Source: Gemmatimonas sp. (lineage in GTDB: Bacteria; Gemmatimonadota; Gemmatimonadetes; Gemmatimonadales; Gemmatimonadaceae). From it: DNA of 64,000 nt. Of the stretch, positions 43,491-52,254 are shown piece by piece. Location: NCBI GenBank assembly GCA_965279375.1, contig OZ257156.1, positions 2,048,001 to 2,112,000 on the forward strand, in the 5' to 3' direction. Made by a program: the position numbers and the translations under genes. The number at the start of each line of letters is the position of its first letter. The first letter of the stretch is position 1. The notes under the pieces are model-generated. The model was not told the DNA's origin and made no database searches. It saw only the letters and a list, made by a program, of their open reading frames with translations.

Positions 43491-45254
43491 TTGGAGCTCA
43501 CCCCGATTACGACACTGACGTGGATCGACTATGCCGTCATGGCGCTGTACTTCGCCGTGGTGCTTGGCATTGGGTTCGTTCTACGTAGCTCCACCAAGAC
43601 CAGCTCCGACTTCTTTCAGTCCGGCCGGTCGCTGCCCCCGTGGGTAACCGGGCTCGCCTTCCTCTCCGCCAACCTCGGCGCGCAGGAAGTGATCGGCATG
43701 GGCGCATCCGGTGCCAAGTACGGTATAGCTACCGCGCATTTCTACTGGATTGGCGCGATCCCGGCGATGGTCTTCGTCGCGCTGTTCATGATGCCGTTCT
43801 ACTATGGCTCGCGCGCGCGCTCGGTGCCGGAGTATCTCAAGCTCCGCTTCGATGAGAAGACTCGCACGCTCAACGCGCTGAGCTTTGCCGTGATGACCGT
43901 CTTCTCCTCCGGCATCTCGATGTACGCGATGGGGAAGCTGTTCAACCTGCTGCTCGGCTGGAGCTTCGACTTCAGCGTGCTGGTGTCGGCGGTGATCGTG
44001 CTGGCGTACGTGTTCGCTGGTGGACTCACGAGCGCGATATATAACGAAGTGCTGCAGTTCTTCATGATCGCGTTCGGCTTCGCGCCGCTGGTGTTTCTGG
44101 GACTGCGCTCCGTGGGTGGCTGGAGCGGGCTCACGGCCAAGTTGAGCGAAGCGGCGGTCACGAAGGGGCTGGCGGCCGGCGCCTACACGCACGCCTGGCA
44201 GGGTATGTCCAGTGCGGCCACCAATCCAATCGGTGTCGAAGCGTTTGGCCTCGTGATGGGGTTGGGCTTCGTGCTGTCGTTCGGCTACTGGTGCACCGAC
44301 TTCCTCGTGGTGCAGCGCGCGATGGCGGCCGACAGCATGCTCGCCGCGCGGCGCACTCCGCTCATCGCGGCCGTGCCCAAGATGCTCTTCCCGTTCCTCG
44401 TGATTCTGCCGGGGATGATCGCGCTGGCACTCACGAGCATGGGTGGCAATTCAGGCGGTGAAGGGATCATTCCGGCCAAGCTCGATGCGATGGGCAAGGC
44501 GTTGGTCGACACGAACGGTCGTACGGTGCTTGACTTCGACCTCGCGACGCCGATGCTGCTCATCAAGCTCTTCCCCGAAGGCATGCTCGGACTCGGACTG
44601 ACCGCGCTCCTCGCGTCGTTCATGTCGGGGATGGCGGGCAACGTGACGGCGTTCAACACGGTGTGGACCTACGACATTTATCAGAGCCACATCAAGAAGA
44701 ACGCGAGCGACGCGCACTACCTGTGGATGGGACGCGCGGCGACGGTGGGCGGAGTCGCGCTGTCGATCGCGGCCGCCTACGTGGCTGGCGCGTTCAACAA
44801 CATCATGGAAGTGCTGCAACTGGTTTTCGCCTTCGTGAACGCGCCGCTCTTCGCCACCTTCGCGTTGGGGATGTTCTGGAAGCGCAGCACGGGGCATGGC
44901 GCGTTCTGGGGTCTCGTCACTGGCATGTGCTGCGCGATGCTGCACCACGGCCTGACGCTGGCCGTCGGCGCGACACCCGGCGTAAAGGGCGGGTTCTTCG
45001 GGCTCGTGCATACGTATCCGAGCGAGATGGCGCAGACGTTCTGGACGGCGATCTTCGCGTTCAGCACGTGTGTCGTTGCATCGGTGATCGTCAGCCTTGC
45101 CACGAAGCCGCGCCCCGACTCCGAGCTCACTGGCCTGGTGTACTCACTGACGCCCAAGCCGAGTGATGGTGATCTGGCATGGCATCAGCGTCCTGTCGTC
45201 TTTGGCGTTGCCGTGCTTGGCGCGACGACGCTGCTCAACCTGATTTTCCTGTGA
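43491..45254 (+). CDS. Sodium:solute symporter (sugar SSS family)
   Basis: GAGGAG RBS plus TTG start; DFFQSGRSLP, SVPEYLKLRF, YWCTDFLVVQR, multiple TM helices. Confidence 0.93.
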   Translation: MELTPITTLTWIDYAVMALYFAVVLGIGFVLRSSTKTSSDFFQSGRSLPPWVTGLAFLSANLGAQEVIGMGASGAKYGIATAHFYWIGAIPAMVFVALFMMPFYYGSRARSVPEYLKLRFDEKTRTLNALSFAVMTVFSSGISMYAMGKLFNLLLGWSFDFSVLVSAVIVLAYVFAGGLTSAIYNEVLQFFMIAFGFAPLVFLGLRSVGGWSGLTAKLSEAAVTKGLAAGAYTHAWQGMSSAATNPIGVEAFGLVMGLGFVLSFGYWCTDFLVVQRAMAADSMLAARRTPLIAAVPKMLFPFLVILPGMIALALTSMGGNSGGEGIIPAKLDAMGKALVDTNGRTVLDFDLATPMLLIKLFPEGMLGLGLTALLASFMSGMAGNVTAFNTVWTYDIYQSHIKKNASDAHYLWMGRAATVGGVALSIAAAYVAGAFNNIMEVLQLVFAFVNAPLFATFALGMFWKRSTGHGAFWGLVTGMCCAMLHHGLTLAVGATPGVKGGFFGLVHTYPSEMAQTFWTAIFAFSTCVVASVIVSLATKPRPDSELTGLVYSLTPKPSDGDLAWHQRPVVFGVAVLGATTLLNLIFL

Positions 45255-45284
45255 TGACCTCTGTGGTGACCTCTGTGAGGAGCG
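45249..45284 (+). repeat. 12-bp tandem triplication spanning the stop codon and next RBS
   Basis: ctgtgatgacct ctgtggtgacct ctgtgaggagcg. Confidence 0.7.
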
Positions 45285-45288
45285 CACG

Positions 45289-45522
45289 ATGAGCGGTGGC
45301 GGTGCGAGTCTCGACCTGCGGTATCCGATCGGTGGCCTCTTTGCGGCGCTTGGCGTACTGCTGGCGGCGTTCGGCGGAGTGACCGCCTCCAACACGGCGA
45401 TGTACGAGAAGTCGGGTGGGCTGAACATCAACCTGTGGTGGGGCATCGTGCTCCTGGTCACGGGGTTGATCTTCCTGTTGCTCGCACGGAACGGTTCTCG
45501 CGAAAGTCCCAATACCAGGTAG
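45289..45522 (+). CDS. Small two-TM protein accompanying the SSS transporter
   Basis: LDLRYPIGGLF...NINLWWG, a pattern commonly found next to sugar SSS genes; GAGGAG RBS. Confidence 0.8.
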   Translation: MSGGGASLDLRYPIGGLFAALGVLLAAFGGVTASNTAMYEKSGGLNINLWWGIVLLVTGLIFLLLARNGSRESPNTR

Positions 45523-45524
45523 TC

Positions 45525-47009
45525 ATGTCTTTTCCGCGTAATGCCGGTGTGCTGTTGCATCCGACCTCTCTGCCAAGTGCGCATGGCATCGGAGACCTCG
45601 GCACGGAAGCACATCGGTTTCTCGACTTCATGGTCACGACTGGCCTGAAGATCTGGCAGATGCTGCCGCTGGGCCCGACCGGCTATGGCGACTCGCCCTA
45701 TCAGTGCTTCTCTGCGTTTGCGGGCAACCCCATGCTCATCGAGTTGCCCGGTGCGCCGGGTGTCTTCGATGCGCACACGGTGGAGTGGGAGCGTGTCATC
45801 GCGCACAAGCGCGCGCTGCTCGATGTTGCGTGCGCGCGCTTCGTGCCCGACGATCGCTATCGCGCGTTCGTGCGCGCCAACGCCGAGTGGCTGCCGGACT
45901 ACGCGCTGTTTGCGGCAGTGAAGCAGGCGTTTGGCGGCGTGCAGTGGACGTCGTGGGATGCCGACATCGCCGCGCGCGAACCTGTGGCGATGGAGCGCTG
46001 GCGCACGAACTTGGCGGCGCAGATCGAGCGCGTGCAGATCGAGCAGTACTTCTTTTTCGCGCAGTTCTACAATCTCAAGCGCGCGGCCACGGCCAAGGGC
46101 ATTCAGCTGATGGGCGATTTGCCCATCTACGTGGCGCACGACAGCGCCGACGTGTGGGCCAATCCGTCGCTGTTCAAGCTCGACGAGAAAGGCTTCCCCA
46201 CGGTGCAGGCCGGCGTGCCGCCCGACTACTTCAGCGCAACCGGTCAGCTGTGGGGCAATCCCATTTACGATTGGGAGGCGATGCGCGCCGACGGCTATGC
46301 GTGGTGGATCAAGCGCATGAAAGCGTCGTTCGATCTGTTCGACATCGTGCGCATCGATCACTTCCGTGGCTTCGAGTCGTACTGGGAAGTACCCGGCGCG
46401 GACACCACGGCCATCAACGGCCGCTGGGTGAAGGGCCCTGACGCCGAGCTGTTTCAGGCAATAGAAGCGGCGCTCGGCAAGTTGCCGATCGTGGCGGAAG
46501 ACTTGGGACTCATCACGCCGGAAGTCGCCGCACTGCGCGATGGCATGGGCTATCCGGGGATGGCGATCCTGCAATTCGCCTTTGGCACCGACTCGAGCGC
46601 CAACGACTTCACGCCGCACAACTATCAGCGGCACAAGGTTGTGTACACGGGTACGCACGACAACGACACGACGGTGGGTTGGTGGACGCAGGGTGCGGGT
46701 GACTCGACGCGCAGCGATGAAGACGTTGCTGCGGAGCGTGAGTACGCGATGCGCTATCTCAACACCGATGGCACGGACATTCACTGGGTGCTGATTCGTA
46801 CGGCACTCGCGTCGGTGGCCAACACTGTGCTCGTGCCGATGCAGGACATTCTCGGACTCGGCGGCGAAGCGCGCATGAATTTGCCGGGACGTCAGGCGGG
46901 CAATTGGGGATTTCGCTTCACGTGGGACCAGGTCACTCCTGACATCACCAAACGCCTGGCCATGTTGGTTGACACTTACGACCGGAAGCACATGACGGAG
47001 CGCACATGA
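45525..47009 (+). CDS. malQ: 4-alpha-glucanotransferase (amylomaltase, GH77)
   Basis: GVLLHPTSLP, WQMLPLGP, GVPPDYFSATGQLWGNP, RIDHFRG, AEDLG, YTGTHDNDT. Confidence 0.96.
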   Translation: MSFPRNAGVLLHPTSLPSAHGIGDLGTEAHRFLDFMVTTGLKIWQMLPLGPTGYGDSPYQCFSAFAGNPMLIELPGAPGVFDAHTVEWERVIAHKRALLDVACARFVPDDRYRAFVRANAEWLPDYALFAAVKQAFGGVQWTSWDADIAAREPVAMERWRTNLAAQIERVQIEQYFFFAQFYNLKRAATAKGIQLMGDLPIYVAHDSADVWANPSLFKLDEKGFPTVQAGVPPDYFSATGQLWGNPIYDWEAMRADGYAWWIKRMKASFDLFDIVRIDHFRGFESYWEVPGADTTAINGRWVKGPDAELFQAIEAALGKLPIVAEDLGLITPEVAALRDGMGYPGMAILQFAFGTDSSANDFTPHNYQRHKVVYTGTHDNDTTVGWWTQGAGDSTRSDEDVAAEREYAMRYLNTDGTDIHWVLIRTALASVANTVLVPMQDILGLGGEARMNLPGRQAGNWGFRFTWDQVTPDITKRLAMLVDTYDRKHMTERT

Positions 47010-48364
47010 GCGCGCAGACGCAAACGGCAGCGAAGCCTGTGTCATTCGGCACGCTGTGGAACATGAATTTCGGCTTCCTCGGCATTCAGTTCGGCTGGGC
47101 ACTGCAGATGGCCAACATGAGCGCCATCTACGAGTACATGGGCGCGAGCGCCGATCAGATCCCGATGCTGTGGCTCGCGGCACCGCTCACGGGGTTGATC
47201 GTGCAGCCGATCATCGGACACATGAGCGACAACACGTGGGTGCCGTCGCTCGGTCGTCGTCGTCCGTTCTTCCTGGTGGGCGCAGTGCTGAGCACGATCG
47301 CGCTGATTGCGATGCCCAATGTGACCGCGTTGTGGATGGCGGCTGGTCTGCTCTGGATTCTCGATACGAGCATCAACATTTCGATGGAGCCCTTCCGCGC
47401 GTTTGTGGCGGATATTCTGCCGCCCAGCGAGCGGACGAAGGGCTTCGCGATGCAGAGCTTCTTCATTGGGCTTGGTGCCGTCATCGCATCGGCGCTGCCG
47501 TGGATGATGACCAACTGGTTCGGCGTGGGGGCGAGTGCGCCCGGTACGATTCCGATGACCGTGAAGCTGTCGTTCTTCGTGGGTGCCGCGGCGTTCTTCG
47601 GTGCGGTGCTCTACACCGTAGTGATGCCGCCGCGCGAAACGCCGCCGCCGGACATGGAAGCGTTCAAGCGCGCCAAGGCCGCGAGCAAGGGACCGTTTGC
47701 CGGCGCGAGCGAGATCTTCGAGGCGGCCAAGAACATGCCGCAGACGATGAAGCAGCTCGCCGCAGTGCAGATGTGCACGTGGCTCGGGCTGTTCTGCATG
47801 TGGCTGTATTTCCCAGTCGCGGTCGCGCGTAACGTCTTCAACGCACCCGATGCCAACTCGCCGCTCTATCAGCAGGGCGTAGAGTGGGCCGGCGTTTGCT
47901 TCGGCGCGTACAGTGCCGTGACGTTCGTCTTTTCGTTCTTCCTGCCCAAGCTCGCGGCCGCTGTCGGACGCAAGGCCGCGCATGCCATCTGCTTGCTGTG
48001 CGGTGCGGCCGGACTGCTGAGCATCACCGTGATCACCAACCCGCAGCTGTTGCTGCTGTCGATGGCCGGTGTGGGCATCGCATGGTGCAGCATTCTCTCC
48101 ATGCCGTACAGTATCCTCGCCGGCTCGCTGCCGTCGAACAAGATCGGCGTGTACATGGGCATCTTCAACTTCTTCATCGTCATTCCCGAGATCGTCGCGT
48201 CGCTCGGCTTTGGCTGGGTGATGAACCACGTGCTCGACAACAACCGTCTCGCGGCGGTCATTGCGGGCGGTGCGTTTCTCGCGCTGGCGGCCGCGCTGAC
48301 GCTACGCGTCAAGGACGTGAACGAAGCATCCGATCGGGCGGCGGCACGGTTGGCCACGGCCTGA
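47006..48364 (+). CDS. MFS maltose/sucrose-type transporter
   Basis: NFGFLGIQFG, VQPIIGHMSD, GRRRPF, MEPFRA, MGIFNFFIVIP. Confidence 0.92.
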   Translation: MSAQTQTAAKPVSFGTLWNMNFGFLGIQFGWALQMANMSAIYEYMGASADQIPMLWLAAPLTGLIVQPIIGHMSDNTWVPSLGRRRPFFLVGAVLSTIALIAMPNVTALWMAAGLLWILDTSINISMEPFRAFVADILPPSERTKGFAMQSFFIGLGAVIASALPWMMTNWFGVGASAPGTIPMTVKLSFFVGAAAFFGAVLYTVVMPPRETPPPDMEAFKRAKAASKGPFAGASEIFEAAKNMPQTMKQLAAVQMCTWLGLFCMWLYFPVAVARNVFNAPDANSPLYQQGVEWAGVCFGAYSAVTFVFSFFLPKLAAAVGRKAAHAICLLCGAAGLLSITVITNPQLLLLSMAGVGIAWCSILSMPYSILAGSLPSNKIGVYMGIFNFFIVIPEIVASLGFGWVMNHVLDNNRLAAVIAGGAFLALAAALTLRVKDVNEASDRAAARLATA

Positions 48365-48391
48365 TACGTTCGCAAAAAGCTGAGGCAGACG

Positions 48392-50239
48392 ATGGTACGC
48401 TGGATCAGGGCGTCGATGGTGTTGTGCAATCTCGCCGCGGTCTCGATCGTCGCGGCGCAGGCTCCGGTCATCGAAAAGGTCGAGCCGCCCAGTTGGTGGG
48501 GAAATCACTCGATCAATCCCGTGCGATTGCTCGTGCGTGGACAGCATCTCGAGGGCGCGCGCTTCGTCTGCGCGCGCGTGTCGTGCGGGGCGGCCAAGGT
48601 GAATGCCAATGGCACGTACGCCTTCGTGGATGTCACCATTCCCGCCGGTGCCAAGCCGGGCAGCTATCCGCTGACACTGCGCACCGCGAATGGCAGCGCG
48701 TCGGTGCCGTTCAGCGTAGCACCCACGCTCGCGAGTGCGGGTCGCTTTCAGGGCTTCGGCACCGAGGATGCGGTCTACCTCATCATGCCCGATCGCTTCG
48801 CCAACGGCGACACCACCAACGATCAGGGCGCCACGCCGGGCATGCTCGATCGCGCCAAGGGGCGCTACTACCATGGCGGCGATCTGGCCGGCGTGCAGCA
48901 GAAGCTGCCGTATCTCAAGTCGCTCGGCATCACGGCGATCTGGCTCAACCCGATCTACGACAACGCCAATCGCCTGAACGAGAAGGAGAAGTACGACGGG
49001 CTGCCGATCACGGACTACCACGGCTACGGCGCGGTCGACTTCTACAACGTCGATGAGCACATGGGCACTGTCGCGTTGTTCAAGCAGCTTGTAGACGAGG
49101 CACACAAGCACGGCATCAAGATCGTGCTGGACATGGTTGCCAATCACACGGGCCCGTACCACCCGTGGGCTACCAATCCGCCCACGCCCACGTGGTTTCA
49201 CGGCACGCCGGAGCAGCATCCGAACAACACGTGGCAGACCTGGACCATCGCCGACCAGTACGCGTCGGCCGATGTGCGACGCAACACTCTCGATGGATGG
49301 TTCATCGACATCCTGCCGGACCTCAATCAGGATGACCCCGAAGTCGCGCGCTACATCATCCAGAATACGCTCTGGTGGGTTGGCGTGAGTGGCATGGATG
49401 GCATCCGACAGGATACGTGGCCCTACGTGCCGCGCGCCTTCTGGCGCGACTGGATGACCGCCATTCGCAGGCAGTACCCCAAGGTGCGTGTAGTTGGCGA
49501 AGTGCTGGATGGCGATGCGTCGCAGGTGAGCTTCTTCGAAGGCGGCCGCAAGCAGTTCGATGGCGTGGACGACAAGGTCGACATGCTGTTCGACTATCCG
49601 CTGCACTTCGCGATGCGCAATGCGTTCGGGCAGGGGAAGGCCATCCGCGAAGTCTCGCAGATGCTGTCGCGCGATCATGTGTACCAGAATCCGCATCGCT
49701 CGCTGCTGACGCTGTTTGGCTCGCACGACGTACTGCGCTTCATGAACGAGCCGGGCGCCACGGTGGACGGCCTGCTGTTGGCGTACACACTGCTCTTCAC
49801 GGTGCGTGGCACGCCGATGATCTACTACGGCGACGAAATCGCGCTGCCCGGCGCCCCCGACCCCGACAACCGGCGCGACTTCCCGGGCGGTTGGCGCACT
49901 GACGCGCACAACGCCTTCGAGGCGAGTGGACGTTCGCCTGACGAGCAGCGCGTGTGGTTGCACGCACAAGCGTTGCTCAAGCTGCGTGCCTCACGCGCCG
50001 AACTTCGCGCGGCAACGACCGAGCACCTCTTCGAAACCGAACAGCAGTTCGCCTATCGTCGTGGCAAGACGGTCGTAGCGCTCAACAACGCGACCGACCC
50101 CGCCACGGTGACGATCACACTCTCGGCCGCGCACGCGGCGGCGCTGAACGCACCAGTTGTCGGTACGTGCGCAATTTCTGGTCGGACCGGCAACAAGATC
50201 ACGATCACGCTCCCATCGCGAAGCGGATGCGTCTTCTGA
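48392..50239 (+). CDS. Secreted GH13 alpha-amylase/cyclomaltodextrinase
   Basis: KVEPPSWW N-terminal domain, DRFANGD, YHGY, DMVANH, DGIRQDT, VGE, SHD catalytic motifs. Confidence 0.93.
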   Translation: MVRWIRASMVLCNLAAVSIVAAQAPVIEKVEPPSWWGNHSINPVRLLVRGQHLEGARFVCARVSCGAAKVNANGTYAFVDVTIPAGAKPGSYPLTLRTANGSASVPFSVAPTLASAGRFQGFGTEDAVYLIMPDRFANGDTTNDQGATPGMLDRAKGRYYHGGDLAGVQQKLPYLKSLGITAIWLNPIYDNANRLNEKEKYDGLPITDYHGYGAVDFYNVDEHMGTVALFKQLVDEAHKHGIKIVLDMVANHTGPYHPWATNPPTPTWFHGTPEQHPNNTWQTWTIADQYASADVRRNTLDGWFIDILPDLNQDDPEVARYIIQNTLWWVGVSGMDGIRQDTWPYVPRAFWRDWMTAIRRQYPKVRVVGEVLDGDASQVSFFEGGRKQFDGVDDKVDMLFDYPLHFAMRNAFGQGKAIREVSQMLSRDHVYQNPHRSLLTLFGSHDVLRFMNEPGATVDGLLLAYTLLFTVRGTPMIYYGDEIALPGAPDPDNRRDFPGGWRTDAHNAFEASGRSPDEQRVWLHAQALLKLRASRAELRAATTEHLFETEQQFAYRRGKTVVALNNATDPATVTITLSAAHAAALNAPVVGTCAISGRTGNKITITLPSRSGCVF

Positions 50240-50739
50240 TCGACCGGCTGCGAAGCATCGATGCGCGGCGCATGGCGCTGCTCGATCGTGTCGCCGCGCT
50301 CGACGACGCCGTACTGCACCGCAAGCCGTCGCCGAACGCCTGGTCCATCATCGAGATCATCGAACATCTCGTGGTCGCCGAACGGCACGTGCTCGGCGAT
50401 GTACACCAACTCGCCGCCGCACCAGCGCTCGAACGCAGCCTCAAGAACCGGATTCGCTATCGCATCGTGATGTTCGTATTGCGCGCAGGCATTCCGGTGC
50501 GTGCACCGTCGCGCGCGATGCTACCCAAAGGTGGACAGACGTTCGCCGAGCTCCGTCGGCAGTGGGATGAGCAGTATCTGCTGCTGGAGCGATACATCGC
50601 ATCGCTCGATGCACAGAGCGCGACTCGCGCCATCTTCCGGCATCCCGTTGCTGGCGCGTTGCCCGTCGCCGAGGCCATCGCGATGCTAGATGCACACCTC
50701 GCGCGCCACGACGCGCAGATCGCGCGGCTACAGGGCTAA
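50227..50739 (+). CDS. DinB-family protein
   Basis: WSIIEIIEHL...HP..G...HLARH; overlaps the amylase stop. Confidence 0.85.
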   Translation: MRLLIDRLRSIDARRMALLDRVAALDDAVLHRKPSPNAWSIIEIIEHLVVAERHVLGDVHQLAAAPALERSLKNRIRYRIVMFVLRAGIPVRAPSRAMLPKGGQTFAELRRQWDEQYLLLERYIASLDAQSATRAIFRHPVAGALPVAEAIAMLDAHLARHDAQIARLQG

Positions 50740-50796
50740 CGATCGTTTGCTGCGCTAGCGCGTCAGTATTCGAGAGTGCTCCAACCTGATCCGTGT

Positions 50797-51067
50797 GCAG
50801 TTTCCGCGTGTTCCGTTCTTATCCGAGGCCGAGCAGTTCGTCCGTTGCTATCCAAACCAATCCCCCAGACGACAGCGCGTGTCGGCCGTATCGTGGAACG
50901 GGGGCACAGTGCGGCCGAGGGAGAAGATTTTTGGCGGATACTAGCGGATGAACTGCCCGGCCACGGATATGAGCTGATAAGAACGGAAACCGCTCGCGGA
51001 TACTGCTTGGAACTTGCTTCGGCCGATTCTGAATCGGTGGTTTTGTTGTCGTCTGGCCAGCGCGCTG
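50797..51067 (+). ncRNA. Candidate structured RNA or inverted-repeat element of unknown family
   Basis: Nested stems 50797-50808/50995-51006, 50811-50823/50976-50988, 50833-50853/50936-50956, 50882-50890/50910-50918, plus 50865-50876/51045-51056. Confidence 0.5.
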
Positions 51068-51122
51068 GGGCGTGATGGAGAGCGAGATCGCTCTGCGAAG
51101 GTGGACGACTACGAATGCGTTG

Positions 51123-52022
51123 CTACGGCGTCACGCGCGTGTGCTGCCAGCTGAAGCGTGATCCAGTGGCCGGGTCAAAGCCACGCGTCAGAGTGCTGCG
51201 CGAGGCGTTGGTGCTGACCACAACATCGCGACCGCGCTCAGCGAGACTGCGTGCCGCTACGAGATCTGCCGTCGTCGGAACATCGCGCGAGGCGCTGGCG
51301 AGTTGAATCACGCCCGCTGCGGGGAACGTGACCACACGACGCGCGGCGGAACGGTCGGTAGCGCGAACGAGAGAGCCGTCGGCGGCGCGCGTGATGACGA
51401 GGTCGCCACCAAGAATTACGGTGCGCGCAGTGCCGGCGGCCGGCAGCAGGAGTCCCTCGGTCGGCGCGTCGGCCACCGTGACCGGAACCGCATTCACGAG
51501 GCGACCCTGGCGACGGAGCACCGGAACGATGTCGCGACCAATGTCACGCATCAGCTTCCCCTCGCGGGCCACACGCACCGTGTCGATAGGGTCGACGAAC
51601 TTCGGACGAGCGCCGTCCAGGCGAACGAGAGTCAGGCGACGGACTTGCGTGAAGGCGGAGTCGATGTCGTACACGCCGCCGACGGGCAGGCCGTCCGCAG
51701 TGCGCTCGCAGTAGACGAGCTTGGGCGCTGATGCAGCCTTTCCGAAGGTTCCTGCTGCGCGTAGCCGCAGCACCGTTGCCGCGCACTGCTGGAAGAACAG
51801 CGCCGCCCGCGCGCGCGCATCGGCCGCAGCGAACGCGGCGCTGAATCCCATCGGCATCCCGTCGGCCGGAGGCGCCGGCGCTGCATCCGGAGGCAGCACC
51901 TGCACCGACTGCGTGGGTTCGTTAACCGCAGCTCCTTTTCCCGAGGCGCAGGCCCCGAGCAATGCCACAGACAGAACGACCCACGGGATGGTGCGGAGCC
52001 GTGCGGATACGGTGGGGCGCAT
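51123..52022 (-). CDS. Hypothetical lipoprotein
   Basis: Lipobox LLGA-C after MRPTVSARLR; GC3-biased frame. Confidence 0.75.
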   Translation of the reverse strand: MRPTVSARLRTIPWVVLSVALLGACASGKGAAVNEPTQSVQVLPPDAAPAPPADGMPMGFSAAFAAADARARAALFFQQCAATVLRLRAAGTFGKAASAPKLVYCERTADGLPVGGVYDIDSAFTQVRRLTLVRLDGARPKFVDPIDTVRVAREGKLMRDIGRDIVPVLRRQGRLVNAVPVTVADAPTEGLLLPAAGTARTVILGGDLVITRAADGSLVRATDRSAARRVVTFPAAGVIQLASASRDVPTTADLVAARSLAERGRDVVVSTNASRSTLTRGFDPATGSRFSWQHTRVTP

Positions 52023-52254
52023 GATGTATGATCGGTGGAGGCGATGGTCGCGGCGACGCATGGGAAACGTGCACGCGCACGCCCATGGGAAACGAGCCGC
52101 ACGGACGAGCGGAAGGCAATGGCCTTCCATGCATCGGCTGCCGAGATCGACGGATCGCTGCGGCTGATGGCTCATGGTTGCAGTTGTCGCGTTCGCGGCG
52201 CAGCGTTTGGTATCGCACCAATAACTCGCGTGCCCCCACTACCCCTCGCCGCGT

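Noticed and set aside
50776..51075. 99-aa plus-strand ORF
   Set aside because: Atypical codon usage, no motif, and it coincides with the extensive inverted repeats, which explain the region better.
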